Shown: positions 1 through 10,160, counted from the first letter of the stretch. The stretch is DNA of 46,921 nt from Candidatus Saccharimonadota bacterium (GCA_037133995.1 JBAXNA010000001.1:1-46921), one strand, 5' to 3'. Numbers and translations are program-made. The notes: a model not told the origin generated them from the sequence alone.

Positions 1-2
1 TA

Positions 3-734
3 ACTGGCATAGAGAGCGGTGTTAAGGTAGACAGAGTTATGGTAGCTGCTGCCGGGTGTATCCCTTCAGGGCTAGGTGATAACTGCGCTACAATAGCACC
101 AGTGATTGTGCCAGATACCATTGCCCCAACAGCCCCAACCGGGCTCATAGGAAGCGCTGTAACAGGCACCGACATCAATATAAGCTGGGCTGCTTCGGTT
201 GACTCAGTGGGCGTAACAGGCTATCAAGTATTTAGAAACAACCAAGAGATCGCAGCTGTTGCTGCTACTACATATTCAGATACTACCCTTACGCCTGGGC
301 AGACATATAGCTATACAGTAAAAGCCAAAGATCAAGCTGGAAATATTTCGAGCCCCAGCAATGTCTTAACACTCACCACCGTGCCAAATGTTGTCGTACC
401 GCCTGCACCCGTAACGCCTGCGCCCGTTTCTGATACCACCAGCCCATCTATGCCGGCCAATTTCAATGCCATGCTCATTGTTGCATTAGGCTACCCAGTG
501 GACCTCAGCTGGAATGCGTCAAGTGATAATGTATCTGTTCTGGGTTATAATGTGTATAAAGCTGGTGTTAAAGTTGCAACTACAAGTAGTCTTCAGTATC
601 GTGACCCTACAATTACTGCAGGCGGATCAATCAAATATGGAGTAGAGGCCTTTGACGCTTTGGGTAATGTTTCACAAAGAGCAAGCTACACCCTCAAGAC
701 TTCATGCTTTCTATTCTTCTGTAGAAAATATTAA
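3..734 (+). CDS. C-terminal part of a surface or secreted protein with two fibronectin type III-like repeats (5' end outside window)
   Basis: The frame is open from base 3, with no stop before the first ATG at 39, so the gene probably starts upstream. There are two ~90-aa repeats with an FN3-like pattern (DINISWAASVDSVGVTGYQVFRN...YSYTVKAKDQAGNIS and VDLSWNASSDNVSVLGYNVYK...YGVEAFDALGNVS) joined by a Pro-rich linker. Confidence 0.6.
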   Translation, partial: TGIESGVKVDRVMVAAAGCIPSGLGDNCATIAPVIVPDTIAPTAPTGLIGSAVTGTDINISWAASVDSVGVTGYQVFRNNQEIAAVAATTYSDTTLTPGQTYSYTVKAKDQAGNISSPSNVLTLTTVPNVVVPPAPVTPAPVSDTTSPSMPANFNAMLIVALGYPVDLSWNASSDNVSVLGYNVYKAGVKVATTSSLQYRDPTITAGGSIKYGVEAFDALGNVSQRASYTLKTSCFLFFCRKY

Positions 735-753
735 ATCTGGCAAAGTCAATCTG

Positions 754-1668
754 CTATTTACCAATAATGTTTTGGTAGCCATTAATAAAGTCTAGGACTG
801 ATAAAGCTGGTTTCCCAGCAGGCTGGATTTTGATAATTTCTATACTGCTGTCGTTGCAGCCTAAGTACAAGTGCTTGTCTATTATTTCTAGCTTGCCAGC
901 TAAAACAGCTTTACTAGATTGCTTGGCCTCAACTACAGAAAATATTTTATTGTCGTAGCTAAAGAAACTCTTAGGCCAACCTTGGTAAGCACGAATCTCG
1001 CGCTCTATCTGCTTGGCAGATTTAGTGTAGTCTATTTGCCCATCATGCTTACTTGTTTTGTGAGTAAAAGTAGCGCATCTACTATCTTGATCTATGGGGT
1101 CAATATCTCCGCCCAAATATAGTTTGAGGGTTTCGGTAAGTAAGCTAGAATTAAGATCGCTAAGCGTAATGCGTAGCTCTGGCTCAGTAGTACTATTATC
1201 TAGTCTATATTCGGCCCAAGTTAGTATTGGCCCAGCATCAAGTTCCGCAACTATTTTGATAATTGTAACACCGGTAGTCTTGTCGCCAGCTAAAATAGCA
1301 GACCTAATTGGGTCTGCGCCTCTGTGTATTGGCAGAAGAGAAAAATGGCTATTGAGTATGCCAAGGCTAAAACTATCAATCACTGCCTGAGGTATTATAA
1401 ATCCATAGTCTAATACGACAGCCACATTTGAAGAAAACTTTTGATCTATTACTAGTTCAGCCAATTCTTTTTTATTGGCAGGGTTAAAAACCTTAAGATT
1501 CATTTTTTTAGCCCACAGCTCAACATTGGTTGGTCTGCTACCACCACTGCTTGTTTTGGTGGCAGGCTTAGTTATGACTGCTTCAATAGTAAAATTTTTC
1601 TCTAGCTCAATTAAGGCATCTAAACTTGTTTGGCCAGTACCAAAAAAAACAATCTTAGCTGTGCTCAA
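754..1668 (-). CDS. fmt: methionyl-tRNA formyltransferase
   Basis: 304 aa. The N-terminus KIVFFGTG, the NSHFSLLPIHRGADPI (SLLP/RG) formyltransferase core and its position directly downstream of def all fit fmt. The start is a TTG overlapping the def stop. Confidence 0.85.
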   Translation of the reverse strand: MSTAKIVFFGTGQTSLDALIELEKNFTIEAVITKPATKTSSGGSRPTNVELWAKKMNLKVFNPANKKELAELVIDQKFSSNVAVVLDYGFIIPQAVIDSFSLGILNSHFSLLPIHRGADPIRSAILAGDKTTGVTIIKIVAELDAGPILTWAEYRLDNSTTEPELRITLSDLNSSLLTETLKLYLGGDIDPIDQDSRCATFTHKTSKHDGQIDYTKSAKQIEREIRAYQGWPKSFFSYDNKIFSVVEAKQSSKAVLAGKLEIIDKHLYLGCNDSSIEIIKIQPAGKPALSVLDFINGYQNIIGK

Positions 1669-2213
1669 GGCAGATTCACTTTCTCGTTATTTGTCAGTGG
1701 GTTTAGCTGCCCATCTTTGTCTATACTAAATAAGTTCTTACTGTCTTTTATGTGATCTAAAAATATTATCCCATGCATATGATCTATCTCGTGTTGCAAA
1801 ACTCTTGCTGGAAAACCCTCAAGACTTAAGCGGATGTCGTTGCCTTCTAGATCTTGTGCCTTAACTTTTATTTTTAAATGTCTTTTGACTCTGCCATAGA
1901 TACCGGTAACACTTAAGCAGCCTTCAATATCTGAAATCATTTCAGGGCTAGACTTGACTATCTCTGGGTTTAGTAGAGTTGTAAAAGTCTTGTCTTCGCC
2001 GTTTTCAAAGCTGTTGCGTACAACGGTTAGACGAATAGGTTCGCCCACTTGAATAGCCGCTAGAGCAGCACCAAACTCACTGTCATGGTCCCAGTCAAGC
2101 GTAGTCTCAACCATGTCATTGGCTAGATTTTTGATTGAGTCATCAATAAAGCCGATACGCTTAGATTTCATTCTTAGTATTTTGTCTGGTATTGTGATGA
2201 GGTTTTTTTTCAT
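1665..2213 (-). CDS. def: peptide deformylase
   Basis: 182 aa with the three deformylase motifs: GAALAAIQVG (GxGxAAxQ), EGCLS and QHEIDH (HExxH). Confidence 0.9.
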   Translation of the reverse strand: MKKNLITIPDKILRMKSKRIGFIDDSIKNLANDMVETTLDWDHDSEFGAALAAIQVGEPIRLTVVRNSFENGEDKTFTTLLNPEIVKSSPEMISDIEGCLSVTGIYGRVKRHLKIKVKAQDLEGNDIRLSLEGFPARVLQHEIDHMHGIIFLDHIKDSKNLFSIDKDGQLNPLTNNEKVNLP

Positions 2214-2218
2214 AATGG

Positions 2219-4159
2219 TTATAAGAGCTGAATTGGGTCTAGGTCTGCTACCCAGCCAGCCGGAAGTTGTTTGGAGATATTGATTAGGGCCGAACGAATT
2301 GAAGATTTGACTATTATCTGAGCCACAGACTCTCTGGTCAATGACTTTCTGGTACGCATAGTTGGGCCAAGCACAGTAACACCCCTTAATTTGACTAGCT
2401 GAGTGCGAAGCTCGTTGGCCATACGCTCAGACTTAGCTGCGCTCTTATCAGCGTATTCTAATTTTACCAGATAAACATAGGGTGGGTAAGCAAAATCTTT
2501 ACGATATTTCATTTCAGAATTATAAAAGTCAGTGTAAGAGTTTGCAGCTGCAGCAACGATTGGCCTAGAGGTAGGATTGCGAGTCTGTATAATGACAGTC
2601 CCCAGAGTCGCTCTACGGCCCGCTCTACCTGCCGCCTGACTAATTAGCTGAAAAGTTCTCTCGCTTGCCGAAAAGTCTGGAATTTGTAGGGCAGAGTCGG
2701 CATCTACTATTCCTACAACAGTAAGATTCTCAATATCTAGACCTCTACTTATCATCTGAGTGCCAATAAGTATGTCGATTTCTCCAGCCTGTGATTGGGC
2801 GTAAGTAGACTTTAGATACTGCCAATCTGAGTTGTCACGATCAACTCTTTTAATTCTGGCATTGGGCCATTTTTGTGACACCTCTACCTCTAATTTTTTA
2901 GTTCCATCACCCACAAATCTTAGATCGGTCGAGCCACAGAAAGTACAGACGGCGCTTGGGCTAGACTGGTGGTTGCAGTAGTGACAAACTAGCTTACCGG
3001 TATCGGCATGGTAAGTTAAGCTTATTTCGCAGTTTGGGCAATTCACTACTTTTGAACAATTGTTGCAAAGCAGGGCACTGGCACTACCACGTCTGTTTAG
3101 AAAAAGTAGAACTTGTTGATTTTTATCTAGCGCGCTATCAATAGCCTTTTCTAGGCTTGCAGAAAGTAATTTTTTTTCATTTTTCATATCTATTATTGTA
3201 GTACTAGGCAAGACGCTGTTATGGCGATTTAGTAGCTCGGCGTAGCCAATCTTTTTGGATTTTGCAAGATTGTAGCTACGCAACGAAGGCGTCGCGCTAC
3301 CTAGTATTAGCTTGGCCTTGGTGAGCTGAGAGATGCGCCCCGCAACTATTTGAGCTTCATAGCGAGGGGCAGACTCTTGTTTGTAGCTAGGCTCATGTTC
3401 TTCGTCAATAATAATCAGCCCTAGATTGTGAAGTGGCGTAAATAGGGCTGAGCGAGGCCCAACAATTATCAGTGGCTGAGTTGCGGACTTTTCGAGGCTC
3501 TCTAGCCAAAGTTTTTTTCTTAAGGCGGTACTCAGGCCAGAGTGCAACACAACGACATCACCAAAGTGGTCTCGCAGCTTGTTTTCAAGCTGGCTAGTTA
3601 GCATTATTTCTGGCACCAGTAGAATTGTACTCTCATTATTCTTTTGAGCCCGATAAATAGCATGCAAGTAAACCTCAGTTTTGCCTGATCCTGTTATGCC
3701 GTGCAAAAGTGTGGTGGTGTTATTTTTGATAACTTCAAGCGCTCTAGACTGGTCGGCTGAAAGTTTGTTTAGGGGCTTTAGTTTGGTCTTGGTAGGTGTC
3801 TTTTCTTTGAGTTGTGATTTTGATTTTATTCCAGACGGTAGCAGGCAGGACCAAACCGCCCGACTTGAGCAGCTATAGTAGGCCTGAAGCCAGTCAGCCA
3901 GTTCTAAAAAATATGAGGGCAGGGGGCTGGGCAAGTCAATTTTTTTACCAAGCTGTTTTATTTTGTATTTTGGCATTTTGGTATTATTTTCAATAGCCCT
4001 AATTATGCCCAAGGTTTGTTTCTTGCCAAATTCTATCTTATATATTTCACCAGCCTTAGCTTCGTCGCCGCTCGGAATTTTATAGCTAAAAAGCTTGTCG
4101 CTATTTAGCGCCAGCGACGTACTCTGTACCTGTGCTAGTATTAACTGGGATTTTTTCAT
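2219..4159 (-). CDS. priA: primosomal protein N' (replication restart helicase)
   Basis: 646 aa. Walker A GITGSGKTEVY, DEEH box (IIIDEEHEPSYKQ), a Cys-rich zinc cluster (CNNCSKVVNCPNCEISLTYH...CHYCNH...CTFCGS) and a helicase C-terminal domain. Confidence 0.9.
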   Translation of the reverse strand: MKKSQLILAQVQSTSLALNSDKLFSYKIPSGDEAKAGEIYKIEFGKKQTLGIIRAIENNTKMPKYKIKQLGKKIDLPSPLPSYFLELADWLQAYYSCSSRAVWSCLLPSGIKSKSQLKEKTPTKTKLKPLNKLSADQSRALEVIKNNTTTLLHGITGSGKTEVYLHAIYRAQKNNESTILLVPEIMLTSQLENKLRDHFGDVVVLHSGLSTALRKKLWLESLEKSATQPLIIVGPRSALFTPLHNLGLIIIDEEHEPSYKQESAPRYEAQIVAGRISQLTKAKLILGSATPSLRSYNLAKSKKIGYAELLNRHNSVLPSTTIIDMKNEKKLLSASLEKAIDSALDKNQQVLLFLNRRGSASALLCNNCSKVVNCPNCEISLTYHADTGKLVCHYCNHQSSPSAVCTFCGSTDLRFVGDGTKKLEVEVSQKWPNARIKRVDRDNSDWQYLKSTYAQSQAGEIDILIGTQMISRGLDIENLTVVGIVDADSALQIPDFSASERTFQLISQAAGRAGRRATLGTVIIQTRNPTSRPIVAAAANSYTDFYNSEMKYRKDFAYPPYVYLVKLEYADKSAAKSERMANELRTQLVKLRGVTVLGPTMRTRKSLTRESVAQIIVKSSIRSALINISKQLPAGWVADLDPIQLL

Positions 4160-4289
4160 TATTTATAGTATATAGCTTATTTGCCCCTAAAGTATCAAAC
4201 AATAATATAAAGTATTTGCCTGTGATAGCCTAAATCTGATAGTATAGTCTAGTATTAAGAAATCTAAGAGGGGTTAGGTGTAGGGCTAT

Positions 4290-5612
4290 ATGAAACTAAA
4301 AACTCGGTTTTATTTAATTTTGGCATTTGTAGTCATTGTGGTGCTTTTTGCATTTCCCAGAGAAGACAAGCTACTTAGCGCCATTGGTATAAAAGACACC
4401 AAGCTAAAAGTAAGGCAGGGCTTAGATTTACAGGGTGGAGCCAGCTTGCTTTACCAGGCTGACTTAAGTAAGACTTCAGCAGAGGATAAAGCCAAGGCAA
4501 TTAGTGGAGTAGTAGATGTTATAAATAAAAGAGTAAACCCCAGTGGTACCTCTGAAGTTGTGATCCAAACATCTGGAGGCGACAAGGTGCTGGTGCAGCT
4601 GCCTGGAGTTAAAGATATAGACGAGGCAATAGGTGTTATTGGCAAAACAGCTCAACTTAATTTTTATCAAGTAGGTAGTGACAATACTATCGTGGCAAGC
4701 GATGTAACTGGCAAAGATTTAGATAGCGCGACAGCAGACATCGACCCTCAAACAGGCCAGCCAATTATTGCATTCCAAATGAAAAGTGAGGCTGTCCAGA
4801 AGTTCTCTGATCTTACTACTGCAATTCAAAAATCTGGCGGAAGACTACTTATCGTGCTAGATGATGAACCATTGTTTAACGGCACTGTATCCACGGCAAT
4901 TACAGACGGCAAGGGTCAGATGCAGGGCTTTTCATCTATCAAGGTAGCCCAAGAAACTACTGTGCTGCTAAATGCCGGTGCATTACCAGTGCCAATCAGC
5001 CTTGTCGAGCAGCGCACAGTAGGTGCAAGTCTGGGCGCAGAGTCAATCTCAAAAAGTTTGATAGCTGGCATTATTGGCCTACTCGCCGTGGTATTTTTTA
5101 TGATTGCTTACTACCGGCTAGCAGGTGTTGTGGCTAGTGTTGCGCTTGGTATTTATACGCTCATAAACATTGATCTTTTCAAGCTAAGTATCGCTACTCC
5201 TTTTCCTATTGTCCTTACTCTAGCAGGCATAGCTGGTTTTATTTTGAGTATTGGTATGGCGGTAGATGCCAACATCTTGATTTTTGAGCGCTGGAAAGAA
5301 GAAGTCAGGGCGGGTGCGAGCTTACAGTCAGGCCTAGATATTGGCTTCAAGAGAGCCTGGACCTCAATTAGAGACTCTAATGTTTCAACTCTTATCACTT
5401 GCTTTATCTTGTATAATTTTAGTTTTGGTAACTCGGTAGTTAAAGGCTTTGCCGTCACTCTAGGCATTGGTGTATTGGTGAGTATGTTTACAGCTATTAC
5501 AGTCAGTAAGACTTTTTTACAGATGCTTATACAGACACCTTTTGGTAGTCAAGAGCGCTGGTACAAATTTGCCTACACCGCTCCAAAGAAAAAGAAAGGT
5601 ATCAAGTCATGA
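4290..5612 (+). CDS. secD: protein translocase subunit SecD
   Basis: 440 aa. N-terminal TM helix, large periplasmic domain (LDLQGG, VQLPG motifs) and a C-terminal 5-TM bundle. Overlaps secF by 4 nt. Confidence 0.9.
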   Translation: MKLKTRFYLILAFVVIVVLFAFPREDKLLSAIGIKDTKLKVRQGLDLQGGASLLYQADLSKTSAEDKAKAISGVVDVINKRVNPSGTSEVVIQTSGGDKVLVQLPGVKDIDEAIGVIGKTAQLNFYQVGSDNTIVASDVTGKDLDSATADIDPQTGQPIIAFQMKSEAVQKFSDLTTAIQKSGGRLLIVLDDEPLFNGTVSTAITDGKGQMQGFSSIKVAQETTVLLNAGALPVPISLVEQRTVGASLGAESISKSLIAGIIGLLAVVFFMIAYYRLAGVVASVALGIYTLINIDLFKLSIATPFPIVLTLAGIAGFILSIGMAVDANILIFERWKEEVRAGASLQSGLDIGFKRAWTSIRDSNVSTLITCFILYNFSFGNSVVKGFAVTLGIGVLVSMFTAITVSKTFLQMLIQTPFGSQERWYKFAYTAPKKKKGIKS

Positions 5613-6550
5613 ATATAGTAGGCCGCCGAAAGCTCTGGTTTGCAATATCGATATTGATTATTTTACCTGGTACAATTGCCTTAGTCATGTGGGGCTTGAA
5701 GCCCGGTATTGATTTTACTGGCGGACAAGAGCTAGAGATTACTGGCTCAAGAGACCAAACACAGCTTCAGGAGCTTGTCGCAAAATCTGGCGTAAAAGAC
5801 ATTACAGTCACAACAAGTGGCTCACAAAATCTTCTTGTACGCTATAGCGATAAAGACATAGGCGACTCACAAGAAATTCATAGTAAAATAAAATCATCAT
5901 TGGCAGAAAATGGCATTAGTGAGGTTTCATATAGTTCAGTTGGCCCGTCTGTGAGTAAAGACATTACCAGAAACGCCGGTATAGCAGTGGCTCTTGCGGC
6001 GCTGGCGATAATTATCTATATTGCCTTTGCTTTTCGTAATACTCCACCGCCAGTAAGCCCATGGAGTTTTGGATTTACTGCAATAATAGCAGTATTGCAT
6101 GACGCGCTTTTGGTACTCGGGGTATTTGCAATACTGGGTCATTTCTTTGGGGTTGAGGTAGACAGCCTATTTGTGACAGCTGTGCTTACAGTGATTGGTT
6201 TCTCAGTGCACGATACTATAGTGGTGTATGACAGAATACGTGAGAACTTGCGCCGATACAACAAGCCTTTCGAAGAAATCGTAAATGACAGCATACTAGA
6301 AACTTTCACGCGTTCAATCAATACATCGCTGACCGTTTTGCTTGTGTTGCTAGCCTTCTACTTGTTTGGTGGGCAGTCTATCAAATACTTCATATTAGCA
6401 CTGCTAATTGGCATTATATCTGGAACCTATTCTTCAATATTTAATGCCTCTCCCTTGCTTGTCGTCTATAACAATTACAAGATCAAAAAAGCCAAACAAA
6501 GTAATCTCTCCACTAACTCTAAACAAAAAAATAAGACTAAGCTAAAATAG
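5609..6550 (+). CDS. secF: protein translocase subunit SecF
   Basis: 313 aa. GIDFTGG motif, a 6-TM SecF layout, the HDTIVVYDRIREN motif, and translational coupling to secD. Confidence 0.9.
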   Translation: MNIVGRRKLWFAISILIILPGTIALVMWGLKPGIDFTGGQELEITGSRDQTQLQELVAKSGVKDITVTTSGSQNLLVRYSDKDIGDSQEIHSKIKSSLAENGISEVSYSSVGPSVSKDITRNAGIAVALAALAIIIYIAFAFRNTPPPVSPWSFGFTAIIAVLHDALLVLGVFAILGHFFGVEVDSLFVTAVLTVIGFSVHDTIVVYDRIRENLRRYNKPFEEIVNDSILETFTRSINTSLTVLLVLLAFYLFGGQSIKYFILALLIGIISGTYSSIFNASPLLVVYNNYKIKKAKQSNLSTNSKQKNKTKLK

Positions 6551-6599
6551 TAAAAAACTATACTACAAGCCAGTCTAGCGGCAGGGCAGTAGGGGTGTT

Positions 6600-7280
6600 C
6601 TAGGCGCTAAAGGCTAGCAGAACTACTAGAACTAAGCTGGCAACAGCAACTAAAATACAGGCTGCAATTGGTACATAGTTCTTTTTGACAGGTGCGTAAG
6701 AAATGCTCTGGCGCACGCTATTTGATGAAGGCTTGTCATCTATGTCACCAATCATTGCCATGTATTCATCAAAAGAGCCTGCCGCAGTTGGCGCAGCACT
6801 TGAGTCGGTAGCCGACCTCGAATCAACTTCAGCAATAGGTTTTGCCGGCGCTGTTTCTTGAGTTGATTTAGGGTCTAAAGCTTTTGATTCAGCAGCTAAA
6901 GTGGTGGCAGCTACTACAGCTTTAGCACCAGAGGCATTGTCATTGGCTACGCTAGCGTCATTGCTAAGTAGGTGATTTTCGTCTATTGGTTTAGGTAGCT
7001 GAGCAATCTCAGGCACAAGAAATTTTTTTACATGGTGTTTTACGCCAGACTTTTTACGGCTTGGTTCTGGCTGGCCGGCTAAATCATCTGCAGTACTAGG
7101 TTTTTGCTTCGAGGTAGTTTCTTTTTCTGGGGCAAACTCCTCGCTAGCAGTAGTTGAGCCAGAAGTGGCTTTCATTGACGACATCTTTTCAAAGCTATAT
7201 ACAGCTCCGCAGCCATGACAAAGATGGCCCATAATAGAGGGAGTTAGTGCTGTTTGGCATTCAGGGCAGGGGGTATTCAT
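6600..7280 (-). CDS. hypothetical tail-anchored protein with N-terminal zinc ribbon
   Basis: 226 aa. N-terminal CPEC...CHGC (CxxC-x15-CxxC), a long S/T/A/P-rich low-complexity middle and one C-terminal TM helix (IAACILVAVASLVLVVLLAF). Confidence 0.5.
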   Translation of the reverse strand: MNTPCPECQTALTPSIMGHLCHGCGAVYSFEKMSSMKATSGSTTASEEFAPEKETTSKQKPSTADDLAGQPEPSRKKSGVKHHVKKFLVPEIAQLPKPIDENHLLSNDASVANDNASGAKAVVAATTLAAESKALDPKSTQETAPAKPIAEVDSRSATDSSAAPTAAGSFDEYMAMIGDIDDKPSSNSVRQSISYAPVKKNYVPIAACILVAVASLVLVVLLAFSA

Positions 7281-7385
7281 ATCTATTATTATAGCATAAG
7301 CTTAAAAAATATAAAAAACTGTTGTAATTACTACAAATTATAAGCTATACTAAGCATAACAGGAGAGAATTAGGAGTTTAAACCT

Positions 7386-7664
7386 GTGTATACTATGCTG
7401 CAATACTTTATTACATCTAAAACCCGCAGAAAAATAATCATGCTTTTCTCAAAGTATCCTGATTATAAAATTCATATCCGCGGCTTAGCCAAGATTATAA
7501 GAGAAGACCCCGGAAACATAGCTAGAGAACTTGCCAAGCTAGAAAAGATTGGCTATGTGCGTTCAGCTAAAGACGGCAATACTAAGGTCTACTGGGCCAA
7601 TCAAACTTTCTTGCTCTTCAAGGAGTTACAAAGCATGGTTCTTAAGACTTCTAATAAAAAATAA
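7386..7664 (+). CDS. small winged-helix (ArsR/MarR-like) DNA-binding protein
   Basis: 92 aa. wHTH-like pattern (IHIRGLAKIIREDPGNIARELAKLEKIGYVRSAKDGNTKVY). AGGAG lies 9 nt upstream of the GTG start. Divergent from the zinc-ribbon gene. Confidence 0.55.
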   Translation: MYTMLQYFITSKTRRKIIMLFSKYPDYKIHIRGLAKIIREDPGNIARELAKLEKIGYVRSAKDGNTKVYWANQTFLLFKELQSMVLKTSNKK

Positions 7665-7948
7665 ACAAAGGTAGGCAGAAATGTAAACAAAAACGACGAA
7701 AATGAAAAAAACAACAAATAATAATAAAAAAGGTAAAAATGAAAAAAATAATAAAAACAGCATCATTAGTATTTAGCTTCAATCTAAAAAAGCAATTAAG
7801 TTCAGAATCTACAGCTCTAGTACGCCAGCATTCATCTATTCAGCCTCAAGTTCCACTAGGCTTCAAGTCTCGCGCAAGCAGCGACTACTACATGTCCACC
7901 TCACGCTAGTTAGCATCACTCGTGCAGATATAGAGTATAATAAGTTCT

Positions 7949-9649
7949 ATGGCTAGAGCTCTAAAAAATAAATGGATAGTTAGTAGTGAGTCAAAATCTG
8001 ACAATGCAGATTTGGCTGAGCAGGTATTGATTAATCGGGGTTTGAGTAAAACCGAGATTGAGCACTTTTTGCACCCAGATTACTCAAATGACTTAGCCGA
8101 CCCATTGCTTCTGCCAGATATGAAAAAGGCAATTGATAGAATTATTGTGGCAATAAACAAAAACCATAAAATAGTGATATATGGTGATTATGACATAGAT
8201 GGCATTACAGCCTCGGCATTACTTCAGGACTTTTTGCTGCAGGCTGGAGCCAAAAAAGTTGAAGTCTATATTCCAGATAGATTCGAGGAGGGCTATGGTC
8301 TCAACAGTGAGGCAATCACCAGCATATATGAGGCGGGTGCTGATCTAGTAATCTCTGTAGACTGCGGTGTTACAGCAGTTGAGCAAGCCTCACTAGCCAA
8401 GAAATTAGGTCTAGATTTAATTATAACCGACCACCACGAGCCGCCAGAAACTCTACCCACTGGCATGGTGGCGCTAGTTAACCCAAAGCTTAAAGGTAGT
8501 AAATATCCTTTTAGAGAGCTTGCTGGTGTAGGTGTGGCATTTGCAGTAGTGCGAGCTATTATGCAGAGTAATCCAGAAATAATTACCGCCGGTCAAGAAA
8601 AGTGGCTACTAGATTTGGTCGCTCTAGGTACTGTCTGTGACGTGGTGCCACTAGTGGGCGAAAATAGAATTTTAGCTAGCTATGGGTTAAAGGTATTGAA
8701 AAAAACCAAGCGGCCCGGCCTTAAGGCGCTATCCAAGGTTAGCGGAGTAGAGATTAATGAAGTCGACGAGTCAGACTTAGGTTTTAGATTCGGCCCTAGG
8801 CTAAACGCGGCCGGACGTCTCGAGCATGCCAAGACAGCCCTAAACTTGCTGCTGAGTGGTAGCGATAAGCATGCAGAAGAAATGGCTCAAAAACTTAATG
8901 AACTCAATATTGAAAGACAGGCTCAAACCCAAGACATTTTTTCAAGTGCCGATGCTATGGCAAAAAATCATCTGCAAGATCTAATACTGGTAATGGCTAG
9001 CTCTGAGTGGTCTCATGGTGTGGTAGGAATAGTAGCCAGTAGAATAGCTGAAAAATGGCACAAACCAACCATATTGCTGCAGATTTTAGGCGAAGACTGC
9101 AAGGGTTCGGCCAGAAGCTTTGGGGGCTTTTCAATAATCGAAGGCCTCAGGTCTTGCGACGATGTTCTTAGTCAGTATGGTGGGCATGATTTTGCAGCAG
9201 GAATGAAGCTTAGATCTGACAATATTGATCTTTTTAGACACACGCTCAATCAGTACGCACTTAAGCATATTGATATAGAGTCAATTATGCAGACAGTCAA
9301 GGTTGATGTGCAGCTTGATGACGAGCAACTAGAGCTGGAGCGAATTTCAGATCTGCATGATCTGCAGCCTTATGGTAGCGAGAATAGTCAGCCGGTATTT
9401 AGTAGTACTGTTGAGCTATATGAATATCGCAAAATTGGTCAGCATCTAAATCATGTTAAGTTTAGATTTAAAACAGCATCTCAAAAGTTTGTTGACGGCA
9501 TAGCTTTTTCATCGGCACACAAGTGGGCAGATATAGAGGTAGGCCAAGTATATGAGGTTGCCTATCACTTGCAGGCAAACGTCTGGCAAGACACCACCAG
9601 ACTGCAGCTAGAAGTGATTGATTTAAGATTACCACTAAAGAATAAGTAA
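7949..9649 (+). CDS. recJ: single-stranded-DNA-specific exonuclease RecJ
   Basis: 566 aa. DHH motifs (IYGDYDIDGITASA, VDCG, ITDHHEP), DHHA1 (GGHDFAAG) and a C-terminal OB-like region. Confidence 0.9.
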   Translation: MARALKNKWIVSSESKSDNADLAEQVLINRGLSKTEIEHFLHPDYSNDLADPLLLPDMKKAIDRIIVAINKNHKIVIYGDYDIDGITASALLQDFLLQAGAKKVEVYIPDRFEEGYGLNSEAITSIYEAGADLVISVDCGVTAVEQASLAKKLGLDLIITDHHEPPETLPTGMVALVNPKLKGSKYPFRELAGVGVAFAVVRAIMQSNPEIITAGQEKWLLDLVALGTVCDVVPLVGENRILASYGLKVLKKTKRPGLKALSKVSGVEINEVDESDLGFRFGPRLNAAGRLEHAKTALNLLLSGSDKHAEEMAQKLNELNIERQAQTQDIFSSADAMAKNHLQDLILVMASSEWSHGVVGIVASRIAEKWHKPTILLQILGEDCKGSARSFGGFSIIEGLRSCDDVLSQYGGHDFAAGMKLRSDNIDLFRHTLNQYALKHIDIESIMQTVKVDVQLDDEQLELERISDLHDLQPYGSENSQPVFSSTVELYEYRKIGQHLNHVKFRFKTASQKFVDGIAFSSAHKWADIEVGQVYEVAYHLQANVWQDTTRLQLEVIDLRLPLKNK

Positions 9650-9950
9650 TATATTCAATGAATACATATAAAGCCTTAAATAAAGCATATTATCAAGTGA
9701 AATAGTGAGTAATATATTTACCATTTTACATCTTTTACAGAATTATCTACATCAAAACTGAGCAGTTTTAGGGCTATTGTTGTGCCTCTTAAGCCCGACA
9801 CTTTGGGTCTATTACTACCAAATATTATCTTAAGTATGGGCTTATTGTTAATTGCGCTATAGCAGGCTTGTTTTTTGGGGAGTTTTAAGGTAGAATAATG
9901 CCATATTGTATTTAATTAAAAGCAAAGATAACCGAAAGGAAACTATTTAA

Positions 9951-10160
9951 GTGTTAGAAGTTACTCGAAAAGATGATGAATCAGCAGAAAATTTGGTGCG
10001 TCGTTTCAATAAAAAAGTCATTCAGTCTGGAATCTTAGCCACTGCTCGTAAGAAAAAATATTTCGAAAAGCCTATAAGTAAGACAGAGGCCAGAGCCGTA
10101 GCTATTCGTAAGAGAATTCGAAAAGAAGCTAAAACCCGCGAACTAATGGGTATTAGATAG
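9951..10160 (+). CDS. rpsU: 30S ribosomal protein S21
   Basis: 69 aa and very basic. ENLVRRFNKKVIQSGILATARKKKYFEKP matches the S21 core (ALRRFKR...EKP). GTG start with AAAGGA 10 nt upstream. Confidence 0.85.
   Translation: MLEVTRKDDESAENLVRRFNKKVIQSGILATARKKKYFEKPISKTEARAVAIRKRIRKEAKTRELMGIR

Noticed and set aside
7702-7776. 24-codon ORF (MKKTTNNNKKGKNEKNNKNSIISI) in the A-rich tract.
   Set aside because: It is pure low-complexity translation of poly-A-rich DNA, with no SD, and it overlaps the slightly more plausible 56-codon frame.
9650-9950. The 300-bp region upstream of rpsU, with a GGGCT(T)ATTGTT direct repeat (9771, 9838) and TAAGCCC/GGGCTTA complementarity, considered as an ncRNA gene.
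   Set aside because: The pairings are short, AT-rich and widely spaced. There is no promoter/terminator bracket like the one in the ftsA-ftsZ spacer. The region is most simply a promoter/leader region (TAGAAT at 9891-9896).
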